NCBI GenBank assembly: GCA_964016885.1
Contig: OZ024741.1
Span: 50,344,001-50,408,000 of the forward strand
DNA: 64,000 nucleotides
DNA from: Eledone cirrhosa
Lineage: Eukaryota
Direction of reading: 5' to 3'
Positions 28,520-43,139 of this stretch are shown one piece after another. How positions within the stretch are numbered: the first letter of the stretch is position 1; every line of letters starts with the position of its first letter. A program made the translations under genes and the position numbers. The notes under the pieces were generated by a model. That model was not told the DNA's origin and did not search any database. It saw only the letters and a list, made by a program, of their open reading frames with translations.

Positions 28520-28597
28520 CAGGGTATCCCAAAAAATGTATACACACTTTCATGAGAATGCTGTTGAAGTGTGTATACATTTTTGGGGAACACCCTG
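28520..28597. mobile_element. 78 bp Tc1/mariner-type MITE
   Basis: ~30 bp TIRs CAGGGTATCCCAAAAAATGTATACACACTT / AAGTGTGTATACATTTTTGGGGAACACCCTG, with TA on both sides. Confidence 0.8.
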
Positions 28598-31500
28598 TAA
28601 ATATATATGCATAGAAAGATGAAGAGATATCTATGTATATATGTGTGTATATATGTGAGAGAGAGAGAGATACTTGAGAGTGTATGGAAATAAACAGACA
28701 GAATGGAGATAAAAATACATGCAGATATATATATAATATATACACACACATACACATACATATATATATTATATACATACATACACATACATGTATGTGT
28801 ATGTAACCCATGCTAGTGTGGAAAAATGGATGTTCAGTGATGATGATGATGATATATATATATATTGTCCATGTATGCCTGTATGTATGTGTTATGTATG
28901 CATGTAGGTGTGTGTGTGTGAGTATTCATGTGTTATATATGTAGAAAGAAGGGGGGTGGAAGTGAAGAGGAGAAAGTGAATTAAAAGTACATCTAACTGC
29001 AAACAGAATGGAATAATACTGTACTGCAGAGAATATAATAACTTAGAGAAACACCGTAGATTGGAGAGGGGAGAGAGGGTGGATAGGGGGTGTTGATGGT
29101 AGTGTAAAGGGGGAGTGGAGAAATATACTGTACTGCACAGATATCTTGGAGGAAAACACTATAGAGTAGAAAGAGGAAAAGAGACAGGTGGCATTGATGG
29201 TCGTGTGGAAATAATGTACTGTGTGTGCATATGTATATATATACATCTGTATATATAAATATATATACGTGTGTGTGTGTGCTTGATTAATATTTAACTC
29301 CGTTCCTGCACCAGCCATGGGATTCAACATCAACAATGGATGAGTTCCATAACATTTTGGTTAACTAAAGGGAATGACCAGTTCTATCTATTGGTGAACA
29401 ACAAAACATAAATGAAATAAATATATATCTAGGTAAAATACTATAGATTAAAAAGAGGAGAGCAGGTAGAGGGGGAGAAAGGTGGTGTGGAAATACTGTA
29501 CTGTGTGTATATATATATACATATATATTGGAAAAACAGATTAGAGAGAGGGAGAAGATAGTGTGTGATGAGTAGAAAGTGGCAGTGGTGTTGGTGTGGT
29601 TGAGAGTAGGTGTGTGTGTGTGTGTGTGTGTATATAGAGAGAGAGAATGAGAGATAGAGAAAGAGAGAGATTGTTATGGTGAGAGGGAAAAGAAAATTGA
29701 TAAAACAAGATTTATTGAAGTATTTAGGTGGAATTAGCTTTCTATAGCACATCAGCAGCAACAACAACAACAGCAGCACCAACAATAGCAACATCAAGAT
29801 CAGCAGTAATAGCTGCAACACTAACAACAACAGACAATCAAGTCTGTCATGTGACTGATGCACTATAGACAAAATACAAAACAAAAAAAAGAGTGAATAA
29901 GTACATGAAAGAGGAAGGAGACTGGGAAAGATAATCATTGATTTGTGTGTATATATATGAAGGCGGAAGAAGAAGAAAGCAATGTTAACAGGAAGTAATA
30001 GAATCGGTAGAAATATATTTGTGTATTATTCCAAAACAGCTATAATTACGACATCACTGGTCAATATAACAGAGTCAACAAAGGAACTTCTAAGTGGTCA
30101 CTAAGACCTGTTAGAAATAGCAGCCACATATTTATCAAAGCATGCCTTATGAAAGCGCACATTGGCTCACGTAATCCAAGATACATTATATCTAAATAAT
30201 CAACAGGATAGACATTATAGGTATGTTAAATCAGGAATTAACAGGGGCAAAACAACAACTATAACCACTAATATTAACTACAAACCATACATTAATGTAG
30301 TCCTACAGACCTAGGTACATTATGTCAGAATTAAAAAGAAACTGACAGCTAATTAGCAAGTAGGCATGTTGCATATTACATATGCAAGATATCAAATATA
30401 CACTGCTATATATATATAAACTATCTATTTTTAGAACTGCTGAGCAAGTCACAAATTTTGAATATTATGTTAACTTAGAATTAACAGCTTCAATATAAGA
30501 TTTTGATAATGAAAAATAGTTTATGAAATATAATTGGTCATAGAAGACCCAGGAGACAGTGACTTGAGTCACCCATGAGACATGAAGTTGGCCACTCCTT
30601 TCCCCTTTTTAAGCTTCATCAGCCAGAAATGTAAACAATCAATTTTTAGAACCATTAAGTAAGTTACGAATTTTGAATATTAAGTTAACTCTGTGATAAC
30701 TTAATATTCTAAATTATCTAGGCCTTTTCAACCATACAGTGAAGCTAAATCTATATACCATATATTTGGTCTGAAGACAAACAACAAATTGTAGAATATG
30801 TCTCTCTTTCTTCTACCAATATTGGAGGTCCTAAAAAAGGTCACAGGCATGACCCATCTTCCTCTATATAAAAATAAAAATGTAATGATGACAAAGACAG
30901 AAAAAAATGGACTTGTCTAATACATGTTATTCAGATAAAAACCACACCTTTCATAGTTTAATAGCTTTTAAGGGATTTGATATTGCCTTTCAGTTCTTAG
31001 ATGAAAGAAGTGACCTATATAGAATCCAATAACAAACTGGGGATAATTGACTGTCGTTGGCTAAATGAAAAAAATAAATATTGGAGATGACAGCAATCTC
31101 AAATTTCACATGCAAGTATGGTTTGAGTATAAATCAGGTCAGTCAACTAGGAAGTTTTATTGATAAGGCCCATTTAGAGCAAGTTATTGGTTTACTAAAG
31201 GAGTTCAGGATACTAGAAGGTGGATTTTAACTTGTACCATTTAGGTCTGTAATTCAGTATGAGCTAAAATAAAAAGTCACTATCATTACCACTAGATTAT
31301 ATGTATTCAATTTTCAGGTTGGGAAAAATCACAAACAAGCCTTGCTTAAGAGTTCAATATAATGCAAAATATTTGTAATTAAACATCGACACTACTCCTA
31401 TGTGGAAGATTAATTATCACTATCCAGTGTGACATTATGCCTCCATAACCCTATGCGCTCTAATCTTTTTAATACAATCTACTATCATTGAACCTTTACA

Positions 31501-32004
31501 ACTCTGTCCACTGTGCCTCTAGATAGTCACATCAAATTAGTCCCTACAAAACTGATTCCACAAAAAACCGCATCATAGACAACAATCTCTCTCTAGACAG
31601 AGGGGGAAGAAGATTACAGATTAACTAAGTCAACCAGCTTCAAAGCTCCATCACAAAAGGTAGAAATAACTAGATCCCTTATAATTGTTCTCATACAGTG
31701 GATTTATTGGCTAATCAAAGGTAACAAGTTGATTTTGTTCAGTAATCAAACCAAGCAATTAAATAAATTACACAAATAAAGCAACAATGATTATAATAGA
31801 TTAATTAATTTATCAATTTTATATCATTTTATCATTATCAACACAATGCTTTAATCAGTGTAGTCTCTGAAGGTCATGAGGTGTAAATTTTTTTGCACAC
31901 ATATTTGGATGAAGATTGTATTGCAACTTGAAAGGATTCAACACGCCTAGCCAGCTGTTGTTTAATCCCGAGTCAGTCCTGATTTAGCGAAGATATATAA
32001 TATA

Positions 32005-32485
32005 ATGAAATTATTGTGTACAGTGCTCAGGTGCACTACAACTCATCAAAGGTGCATGTATAGTACATAGAATAATGTACAAATGTCAGGAAAATGAACA
32101 GTGTATGAGTCATGATATAATAATAATAATGAAATATTGTGTACAGTGCCCAGGTGCACCACAACTCATCAAAAAGTGCATGTACAGTACATAGGGCAAT
32201 GTACAAACATCAGGAAAATGAACAGTGCACGAGTCATGATACACACAAGTGTGCATGTGTATGGAAGGGGTACATCAGGTGTAGTTTTGGCGTATTTCGG
32301 GAAGCATGAGTGTCTTAAAGGATGCAGTGTCTCGGCAGCTAACAACTGACACAAGCAGTTTGTTCCATGCTTCAGCAACTCTGAGCGTGAAAAAATGTCT
32401 ACGAAAGTCATGGGAGCTGTGCTGTTTTCTGATTTTGTAGGCATGTCCACGTGTGTTAGACACATGGAGATCAAAGGTATTCCAG
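32005..32485 (-). mobile_element. CR1-type LINE 3' end with tandemly duplicated 3'UTR
   Basis: NTRGHAYKIRKQ...RRHFFTLRVAEAWNKL is a typical CR1 C-terminus. A ~110 bp 3'UTR block occurs twice (32005-32115 and 32130-32240). Confidence 0.85.
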
Positions 32486-32937
32486 CCATAACCATCTTGT
32501 CCTTTTTGTATATCTAGGAGTACATTGACCAATGTTTCCTCCATTTTTCAAGATGGCAGAGTATATTTGACTTGTTATTATCAGGTCAAGTGACTGAGCA
32601 GAGGCTCCCTTAGCCTGTAGGGCCATAAGGTGTTAAAATCTACTTTATAATACTTCAACATAGTTTAACAATCTTAAATTTACAAAGAAAGTTATCCCTG
32701 TTTAGCATTCTTACACTTCTCACACAAACATCAAACAATCTACCTTTTGCTCAGAGGGAAATTTCCTTTGTTGTACATTTGTGTATTAGTGTTCTAGCAT
32801 ACTAGCAAAGGCATGAAACATTGTCTAAAGTCAGGTCTAGTCCAATATACCAGATATGGAAAATGTGATAATGTTTATTGATGATTGTGCTTAAGGACAG
32901 ATTTTGTACACACACTAATTTCTAGGCTGGATGCTGG

Positions 32938-32994
<57 letters not shown>

Positions 32995-33056
32995 TCCCGG
33001 GTTAAATAGGGGATAACCACAGTAAGTAAGGTACTCAATACATAGCAGAGTAAAAG

Positions 33057-33178
33057 TAATTTAATATAGAAATGGCTTCTACAGGACTAGAACTGTTTCA
33101 TTCGGAGGAAATCATTCTGATGATTTCCTCCGAATGAAACAGTTCTAGTCCTGTAGAAGCCATTTCTATATTAAATTA
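33057..33178. repeat. Perfect 59 bp-arm hairpin with 4 nt loop
   Basis: 33057-33115 is the exact reverse complement of 33120-33178. A related, more decayed copy lies at ~3298-3452. Confidence 0.92.
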
Positions 33179-33236
33179 TATATATTTATATATATATATA
33201 TATATATACAAAAGGCAAAAATAAATAATAAAACAA

Positions 33237-33270
<34 letters not shown>

Positions 33271-35984
33271 AAAGGCAAACAGAAATAATAAAACAATGAA
33301 GAAATATTAGTTTTACGCTTGATATAGTACAAAAAGAGTCTTAATATTTCAGACGCTAGTCCATCATCAGAAAAGATAATATATACATATCATCCTACTC
33401 ATTATCATCATGTTACATCCTTTTTCTAATGCTGGCATAGATTGGATGGGAATCATCATCTCTCATCATGATCTACATCATCTGTCATCCACAGAAACAG
33501 GTAAAACTGCTCAACTTTGTTGTTATCTATGTCTAAAATGATGAACCGAGTCCATTCACTGGCACTTGAGAGGTTGTCTGTGGCAAGACAAAAGAATCCT
33601 CTCTACTCTGTATCAGTTCCTATGTAGCCTACAATACAGCTTACAGAGTCCAGATCTTTTTTTGATACTTATATAATTGTAGATAGTGCACTCTGTCATT
33701 TATGCTTTTCCACCAGATGTAACACTAATGAAAATATGTAAATGAAATAGTTAAGTGGCAATAATATAGAGTACCTAAATATCACTATAGTGCTGGTGCC
33801 AGAACATTTACAGCCAGTACATCCTCAAACTATGACAAACATAGAACATACAAATACAACATGATCTCTCGGTCCATCTGGGAGTGCAGTAACTGAATAA
33901 GTACTGCCTGGGATCGTTACAATTCTTATAACCTATGTCAGCAAGGAAATAAATTGATATCTCTAAAAACTGGGTCTTTGGAGTCATTCATGCCGCCTGT
34001 CATGTTTTCTAAAGATATTAACCTAAAGATATACAGCAAAGAAATTAATATATGTGTCATCGTCATCATCATCATCAGCAACACTAATGCAAATACATAC
34101 ATTAAACAGTTATAAATTGAAGTTGGTGCCTAAATCTCATGTATGTGTGTATGCATACATTTGTATGTGCGTGTATATGGTCTGTGCATGAGCCAACATG
34201 TGCGTATATTTGTGGGTGTCTGTATGTATGTGTATTTGTTCATGAACCAATGTGTTCGTGTGTGTATACACCACTGTGAGTGAATGTAATATAAAAACAG
34301 CCCTAGTAGCATAGATAACTGCTGCTACTATACAGTATCAATATGTACAATACACAACATATAACAGACACAGCTGATTGCAGAGCACTCCAAGTCACAC
34401 AAAACCTTATGTAACTACCAACCAACAGAGCTGCTGCTGTCACCTGCCATCTAGCTGGTTGCTCAACCGACTAACCAATCAGGATACCTACATAAATAAT
34501 GGATATATGAATAGGCTGGAATCCAATGGATTTTTATCAGATTTGACAATGAGTGTTCCAGCTTGCTCATGAAATAATGTGTGACTGTACATTCCACAGA
34601 CACGAGTACTCTTAATATAATTCACAGAGAGACTCAGTGAAACACAGTGTGACAAGGCTGGCCCTTTGAATTACAGGTACAGTTCATCCAATGGGTTTCC
34701 AAACAGTTTATGTCTATTCAGTGGTCGCACCAGTACTATCACTTTAGTGTGGAATAGATGTATTTTATCATGGCATCAGTGCTATCACTTTACAGAGTAG
34801 ATTGGGTGCATTTTAGAGTGGCACAAGTACTACTACTTTACAGAGTGTACTGGGTGCATCTTATGGCACCAACACTGGGACAATTGTGTCCTGAGCCTGA
34901 GAGAGGCAGTGATGAGATGAGGTGGAAAATGTGGCATAGGTAGCAATGACCACTACATGTTGCTTGCCAAGAGGGAAGAAGAAATAGTGAGAGTAAGTGT
35001 TTGGGTCATGATTGTGTCCTTGAAAACATTCATAAGGTGGATATATACATGGCTGAGATACTCCTCTTTATGAGTGGGCAGCTATCCCCCAGTTATGTGG
35101 GCAGAGAGCATAGGTGGGGGTTGATGTAGATAGAAAGGGAGGGAGTCGATGATATGAGGGAAGAGAGATAGAGCAGAGTCAAAAGGTAGAGGCATACTGG
35201 CAGGGGAAAACCTGAATGTTGATATACCACTTAGCCTCTACACTGCCATCAACATCATATTTATCATCCTTCATACCTCCCCCATCTTACCCCTCTCCAT
35301 AGGGTAAGAAGGGCTCTTCAAAGTCCTTAGTGTTGGTGCCACAATAAAACACACCCAGAACACTGTGAAATGATAAGTGTTAGGAAGGGCTTCCAGCTGT
35401 AGAATCCATGCTAAAAAGGGTTAAGAGGGTTAATCTTTCTAGTGTTGGTGCCATGAAAAATGCATTCACCTGTAAGGTAATCAGTGATAGGAAGGGCATC
35501 CAGTTGTAGAAACCATGCCAAAAATGAGCTGAGACAACTCTTTAGTTGTGTCAAGAGCATGACAACTTTTCTTGCACCCAGTACACTCAGATTTTACAAT
35601 CACTGGTGATAGGAAGAGCACCCAACTGTAGAAAACTTGCCAAACAAAGGGTGGAGATGACAACCTCTCTAGTGCTTACATCACAATAAAATGCACCAGA
35701 TGCATTATATAAAATGTTTGAATGAATGTAAGCAAGATGTGGCCCACAGTACATGAGAGATCAGTGTCTCCAATTAAACACACATTTCATGACCCATCCT
35801 ACCCCGGCTAGTAGAGAAAACAGACATAAAATGATGATGATAATGATTATATATATATATAGCTTTGAAACTGTAGTGATTTCCAGAGTTTGATTGAGGA
35901 AGTGGAACTGTCCATTTTTCCATTATTTTTTCCGTTGTTCTAAGTTCTGTGCGGCCAACTGTTTTGAAATATATACATATATTT

Positions 35985-37240
35985 ATCATCATCATCATTT
36001 TTACATCCGTCTTTCCTAACTTGCATGAGTTTGATGGGTCCTTCTCAGCATGGCATCTCTCTACTCGTCACGTTCCTTTGTCATCTCATCTGTGAGTTTC
36101 AGTGATTTGAAGTCAGCTTTCACAACCTCAGCCAAGGTCTTTCTAGGTCTACCTCTACTGTGGCTGCCTTCCACTGGCATTTCCTGGCACTTCTTCAACC
36201 AACGATCATTTTCCATGCGCAATCGAAAGGTTGTGAGTTCAATTCTCAGACCAGGTGATGTGTTGTTTCCTTGAGCAAGACACTTTATTTCACATTGCTC
36301 CAATTTACTCAGCTGTAGAAATGAGATGATAGGACTGGGGTCCCTATCATTCCACTGCAAAGTGGTTGTGGAGGTGGCACGGCAAAAAAGCACCCAGCCC
36401 ACACTGTAAAGTGGACGTGTAACCGCCACGGAAAAAAAAAGCACCCAGCACTCACTGTAAATGAGGTTGGTGTTAGGAAGGGCATCCAGCTGTAGAAATC
36501 AAGCCAGAATCAGTTCCCGTCCCACCCTTGCAAGCAGGGAAAAGCCAACGTAAAATGATGATGATGATATGTCCATACCAATGCAGTCTTCTCTTTTCAA
36601 CTCGTCCAAGCTCTGTCTTTCTCTCACACTCATATTGCATATCCAATGGAGCATGGTTTCTTCATTTCTCTCCAGTCTATGCAAGTCCTCTGCAGTCACA
36701 GCCCATGTTTCACTACCATACAGCATCACATTTCACACACAGGCATCATACAGTTGTCCTTTTGTACCTAAGGAGAAGTATTTTGTGGTCAACAATGGGA
36801 GTAGCTCTCTAAACTTTTTCCATCCTATCCTTATTCTAGCTATTATATTCTCAGAGCACCCTCCTCTGATGATAATTACATTGCCTAGATAGCAGAAACT
36901 ATCAACCACATCTATGGGTCCTTCCTGTGACTAGAATAAATTTACATCACTGGCTCTCCTCCCCTCGGTTACCCCTATGCATCTTCTACATACAAGCAGG
37001 GAAAAGCAGATGTAAAATGATGATAATGAAAGTCTTCCCTTCATGTTATCCCACTACATCTTTTGTGTACCCAAGATTCACATTGCGTATATTGTATGGG
37101 GTTTATGCCTACACCCTTTCTACATATTGAGCAGGGTCACTTCCCTGAAGGAATCAGGGTCCTATCTTCTCTCCTACTCACTAGCAATTTAGTTTTGGCT
37201 AGGTTTACTCTCAGACCTTTTGTTTCTAAATTGTTTCCAT
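35985..37240 (-). mobile_element. RTE 3' relic interrupted by a SINE
   Basis: MLYGSETWAVTAEDLHRLERNE and GRPRKTLAEVVK are split by the SINE at 36218-36568. Confidence 0.8.
36218..36568 (+). mobile_element. tRNA-derived SINE, same family, 5'-truncated
   Basis: Near-identical by eye to 41960-42270; nested in an RTE relic. Confidence 0.85.
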
Positions 37241-37265
37241 AGCCAAGATTTTATTATATATAATT

Positions 37266-37785
37266 GGAAGTTATGGAGTAGGTAGACCCAGAAAAACCTG
37301 GGACGACTTGATAAATTCCGACCTTGCACACTTGCGCCTCTCGAAGACAATGTCACTGGATCGAGATCTTTGGTGCCACACAGTAATACAGAGGACCCAC
37401 CTTCCCTACATGCAAAGTTAACCTACAGTCAGTAGGCCCCTCCAAACCAAACATACACCCCAACCCACTACCCCATCCTTCCACTCCTGCCAACACCACC
37501 TTTTCTCTATAAAGTTATGTTGGTACCACAACATCCAGTCTAAACTAACGAGGTTGTGTAGGTGTCACAACAAAAAAAAATATAGTCCACGCTGTAATGT
37601 GGTCGTGTAGGTAACAGTAAAAAGCTCCCAGTCCACACTGTAAATGTGGTTGGTGTTAGGAAGGGCATCCAGCTGTAGATAGTCCTGTACGAGCGAGACA
37701 CGGTCACCCGACCAATCTTGCCTCAAATGGTACAATTCCCATCTAACTCATGCTAGCGTGGAAGATAGACGTTAAACAATGATGG
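37266..37785 (+). mobile_element. RTE 3' terminal fragment, same family as 49445-52280
   Basis: Nucleotide match by eye to 51745-52260 (AGACCCAGAAAAACCTGGGACGA...ACAGTCAGTAGGC...GTTAGGAAGGGCATCCA). Confidence 0.85.
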
Positions 37786-38399
37786 TACACACACATACAA
37801 GGTGACAAATTGGTAGTGTGGTTAGAATATCAGAAAACTTTATGCTACTTATTCAGGCTCTCTGTGCTCTGAGTTTAAATCCCACCAAGGTCAACGAATA
37901 AAACAAAAGTCGAGTACTGAAGTTGATTCTTCCTCTATCTTTCTCTGCAAGAAATCAGCTGTGTTCAGACTGGGATGGGCTCTGCTGAGTTTAAATGTCA
38001 TATATACATACACACATACATAGGCATTAAAACTAGACATTCTTAGGATGAGGATGAAAACTGAAAATTCAAAGTTGCAGTTGTAGTATTCATGTCTTTC
38101 CCAAAGACATTTGAAAAACATTTCAGCCAGCTAATAGCCAGTACACACACAGTACTGAACTACCAGAGAAAGAGAAAGATAGTTGTACAATACATCAGTC
38201 AGCATGCCAGTGTGTTTGTCTGTCTTTCCACAACACTAATATATCTACACAACTACTAAGTCTACTTAATACAGAGTCAACAACAAACAACTTTAGAAAA
38301 CAAGCTTCTCAGAGAAAAGTGGATTTGGGGAGGTGGGAGGTAACATTTTTATGTTTTAATTTATTATATCAGAGGGTTCATAAACAACAAATAGTGGGT

Positions 38400-39185
38400 T
38401 TCGTTAAAGAGAAAAATTAGAGTAATATGGTGAGTTTTAATGACAGCAGGAAAGGAACTAATCAGTCATTTAGAAGTGTATAGAAGTGGCATTGCAACTG
38501 CAAGGTTGACCCCCAACCAATTCTTCAATACAAAACATGAAGAATGTGTTGTCGGTGCTGGGGCACATGCACTAAAAGATAAAGTTTTAAGAGCTGTTCA
38601 ATGAGCCTGGACAACAAAAGCACCACATGGCAAAAAGGTCACAATTTAATCTTTGACAGTCCGTCAAAGAAGTGGCATACAATCTTACCATAAGCAGATG
38701 TATACAGTTTTCAAGCAACACTCTGCTGCACTTTATGAGGAGTGAAGAACTGGAGACAAGCGACTTTGATGCCTACCTTAACTCCTATCGCAGTCCTCAA
38801 TCAATGAGGTGTGCGTTGCAAAAACTGACCTCAGCCTGCTGCAGTCCTCAATCAACGAGGTGGAGTTTTTCAAAAACTGATCTCAGCAGATGAAGTGGCA
38901 GGCATACTGAGCCAGTGTGTGAGGGACAAATTGCTGAGATTGAATGGTTTACCCTACGAGTTCTACATGCCAGATTTGTTCACTATAGTCTTGACAGCCA
39001 TCTAATGCAAATGACAGCAGACTGGGAGTATCTCCAGTTGCATAAGCCAGGGAGTGGTAACACTTAAGAAAGAACCCGAGCAAGGAGAACATAATAAAAA
39101 AAACAACAGGACTGTATCTCTATTGAAATTAGAACTGAAGGTTTTGGCAAAGGTGCTGGTTAAGAGGCTGGCACTTGTCACTGGG
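38400..39185 (+). pseudogene. Old degraded Tx1-type ORF2 fragment (linker and RT N-terminus)
   Basis: Hand translation gives KQMYTVFKQH, DFDAYLN, DEVAGILSQC..LNGLPYEFY, GVVTL and LELKVLAKVLVKRLALV, collinear with ORF2 at 57591-61028. Many frameshifts. Confidence 0.8.
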
Positions 39186-39454
39186 CTTACTCTGACTTTG
39201 CTTTTCTAAGCAGGAGGTAAGAAACATGGAAATGGGGACATTTTCAATGCCCATGAGACATGAGAATAATATAGGGATTATTACCCCAAACTACTAAACC
39301 ATCCCTCCCCACTATTAGGGAACTGATTTATCATACCTACTGCTTTCTCTTTGGTAACATCCCTTTTCCATTATTCAATGTAAATCCCACTCAGTTGCTT
39401 TTGTCTTTGTATTGTCTCCTATGTCTTAGGTCCTGATAACCAATAAAAGAAATC

Positions 39455-39660
39455 ATTGGATTGACAGAATCGGTGGAGCATGCTTAGCAGCACAGAGTTA
39501 CAGCCCTTTATATTCTGAGTTCAAATCCCGCTGAGGTTAGCTTTGCCTTTCATACTTACGGTGTTGATAAAATAAAGTACCAGTAATGCACTGGGGTCGA
39601 TTTAATCGACTTTTCTCTCCCCAAAATTTGTTGGCTTTGTGCCTAAATCAGAAACCATTA
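39455..39660 (+). mobile_element. Core-SINE copy (full tail)
   Basis: Same B box and core, with a GTGCCTAAATCAGAAAC tail. Further degraded copies near 4676, 13300, 15620, 17450 and 21120-21750. Confidence 0.75.
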
Positions 39661-40339
39661 TTATCATGCCTTTTATTTTGTAATTTTCCTTCCTGTGCCT
39701 TCCTCCTTCACACACATCAAACGGGGGGGGGGGGGGGGACTCTTTTAAACTTCTAAAAAAATATGCATTGTGGAAAGGTTTATTTAGGTTAGTCCCTCCT
39801 CCTCCTTCTTTCGCTAACATTAACATCATACAATGGCAATTATACAGTGAATGATCTGGAAGGCAGGTAGGTGTGTGTATGTGTGTGTGTGCGTGTGTGG
39901 TAGGATTAGAGCAGTGAGTTCCTGTATTTTAGGGTGGAACAAAAGGCTGACAGGCAACACTGAACTACACAACCAATACCTTCACATCCACCACTACCAC
40001 CGCCAACAACAATACCACCACCACCACCTTCACCACCACCAACAACAACAACAACACCTTCACTGCCACCAACAACAATACCTTCACCGCCATCACCAAC
40101 ATGTGCTTTATAATGTTCAAGATTGTAGCTTTGAATGTAAGATTAAATAGTCAATAATAGGTGAGGCCTCATGGTGTGGAAGACACCAAACAATCTCTCA
40201 AGTGCACACACACACACAGTCAACTAAACCAACATTTGTACATTACTGATTCTTTCAGTATTTGTCCCAGAGAGATGAAATTCAAAGTTGAACTTTGGTG
40301 AGATTTTAATCCTAAGGTTCAGCATAGTATTGTCATTTC

Positions 40340-40585
40340 TAAAAATCTACCAAATATCAGTTGCTCTCCGACAGGTTTGTGGCCGGGCCCATAGCAGTGG
40401 AGACCTCTGGTGTCTTTGGCCCTAGGACTACCTCCCTACTCACCACCATCGGCACAGAGTTGGCTACCCATATGTGTGAGCCTTGCGAGCTGAAATGGCT
40501 CTTCCAGCATGTCTCCCTCACCATCCTCCAGGGAAATGCCTTCTCTATTCAATCTGCCAGCATGTCGAACCCCATTTACTTATAA
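40340..40585 (+). mobile_element. CRE-like non-LTR relic (C-terminus of restriction-like endonuclease)
   Basis: PIAVETSGVFGP...IG..LA....P.E..WLFQHVSL.I.QGNA.SI matches my recollection of the CRE-clade REL C-terminal signature. Confidence 0.7.
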
Positions 40586-41689
40586 TAGTGAGAGATGGGG
40601 AGAGAGAGAGACAGTGGCAGTGAGTACACCAGCATTGCTGAAGTATTTTGTAGAATTAAAGGTTAAGTGATTTTACAGGTGAAGTGGTGTTTCTACAAAT
40701 ATATCAGATGCCTCAAACATGACACACACACTGGCACATACATTTACCTGTTTAATAAATGTAACAACACAATCTTTAACAAAAGACAAGAATTATTGCG
40801 AAACAAAGCCTAAGGATTTTTAACAAACAACTCAAACACACACATACTTACATCACTTTATATTCTTACTTTACAGTTTTAGCAATGAGGATTTTAATTG
40901 TTCAATCACCTAAGCTACATATTCATTAACTTATACAGAAAATGGTTGAGTATCTCATAAATAAGTTGTGGTTTAATTATCAAACAAAATATGATATGGC
41001 TCTTTATATTTCCAGGTTCAAATATTGTCTTTCATCTTTCTGAAGTCAATAAAATTAAATATGCATCGAAGGTGATGGATTAGCAGCATTGTTACAGCAG
41101 TGGAAAAAATACCTTACAGTATTTGTTGTGGATCTTTACATTCTGAGTTTGCCTGTAATGACACTCAAGGTAATATGTATTGGTCAACTGATAGTGTCCA
41201 ATGAAAAGAAAGAAATTACTTAGGCTTTCACCTTTAATAAGAACTTTCCAAGTATAGGTACATGGTCTATCCTGAACAATGGTGGCCTTAAATATTTTAC
41301 AGATATTTGTACTCTGAATCTAATCCTTAGGTAAAAACAGTGTAACATCATCAGCGTTTAACGACCATTTCCCACACTTGCATGGGTTAGACAGGTTATG
41401 AGACAAGTCAGGTCCAGAGACATCTTGCGCTTAGAGATCTGTGTTTTAGCTTGGTCTCTATTGCTGGATGCCCTTCCTAACACCAACCATGTTACACTGT
41501 GTAAAAGTATTTTTCAGACACTTGTACTTTTAATCAAATCTTTAGATAGAGTCAATGAGACAATGGAAATGGCTGAGTATCCCACAGATACTTGTCAAAG
41601 GTGACAAGCAGTGACATTGAGCCTATGACTTCATGATTACAAACTTCTTAAATGAAAACAACCATGCCTACACCCAAGCATTGTAGTAC

Positions 41690-41723
<34 letters not shown>

Positions 41724-41924
41724 TATCTATATCTATATATATATATATATAGGAAGTGTGTCAGAAAAGTTCCAGGACTGATATCACAAAAGATTTATTT
41801 CAAACCCAAACTTCACACTAAGGGTTTTCTCTTTCAAAGTAATCCCCCAGGAGTATGTAACTGTAATTTTAGCTCTATGCAGTGATCAAACTTTTTTCTT
41901 CATAATTTTATATATATGTCCTAT

Positions 41925-42936
<1,012 letters not shown>

Positions 42937-43001
42937 TGTGAAGTTTGGGTTTGAAATAAATCTTTTGTGACATCAGTCCTGGAACTTTTCTGACCCACCT
43001 A

Positions 43002-43037
<36 letters not shown>

Positions 43038-43139
43038 CCAAAGATTAGTATGGTTCGTTGATTACTCAACGAATACAATTTTACAATAGATTAGAAGCAC
43101 TCAACAGCAAGACTGTAGCGGTATGTCATATATCAAATC

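Noticed and set aside
27363-28811. 482 aa and 332 aa S/L/H/T-rich ORFs
   Set aside because: Stop-free reading of a GA/GT minisatellite; no domain signal.
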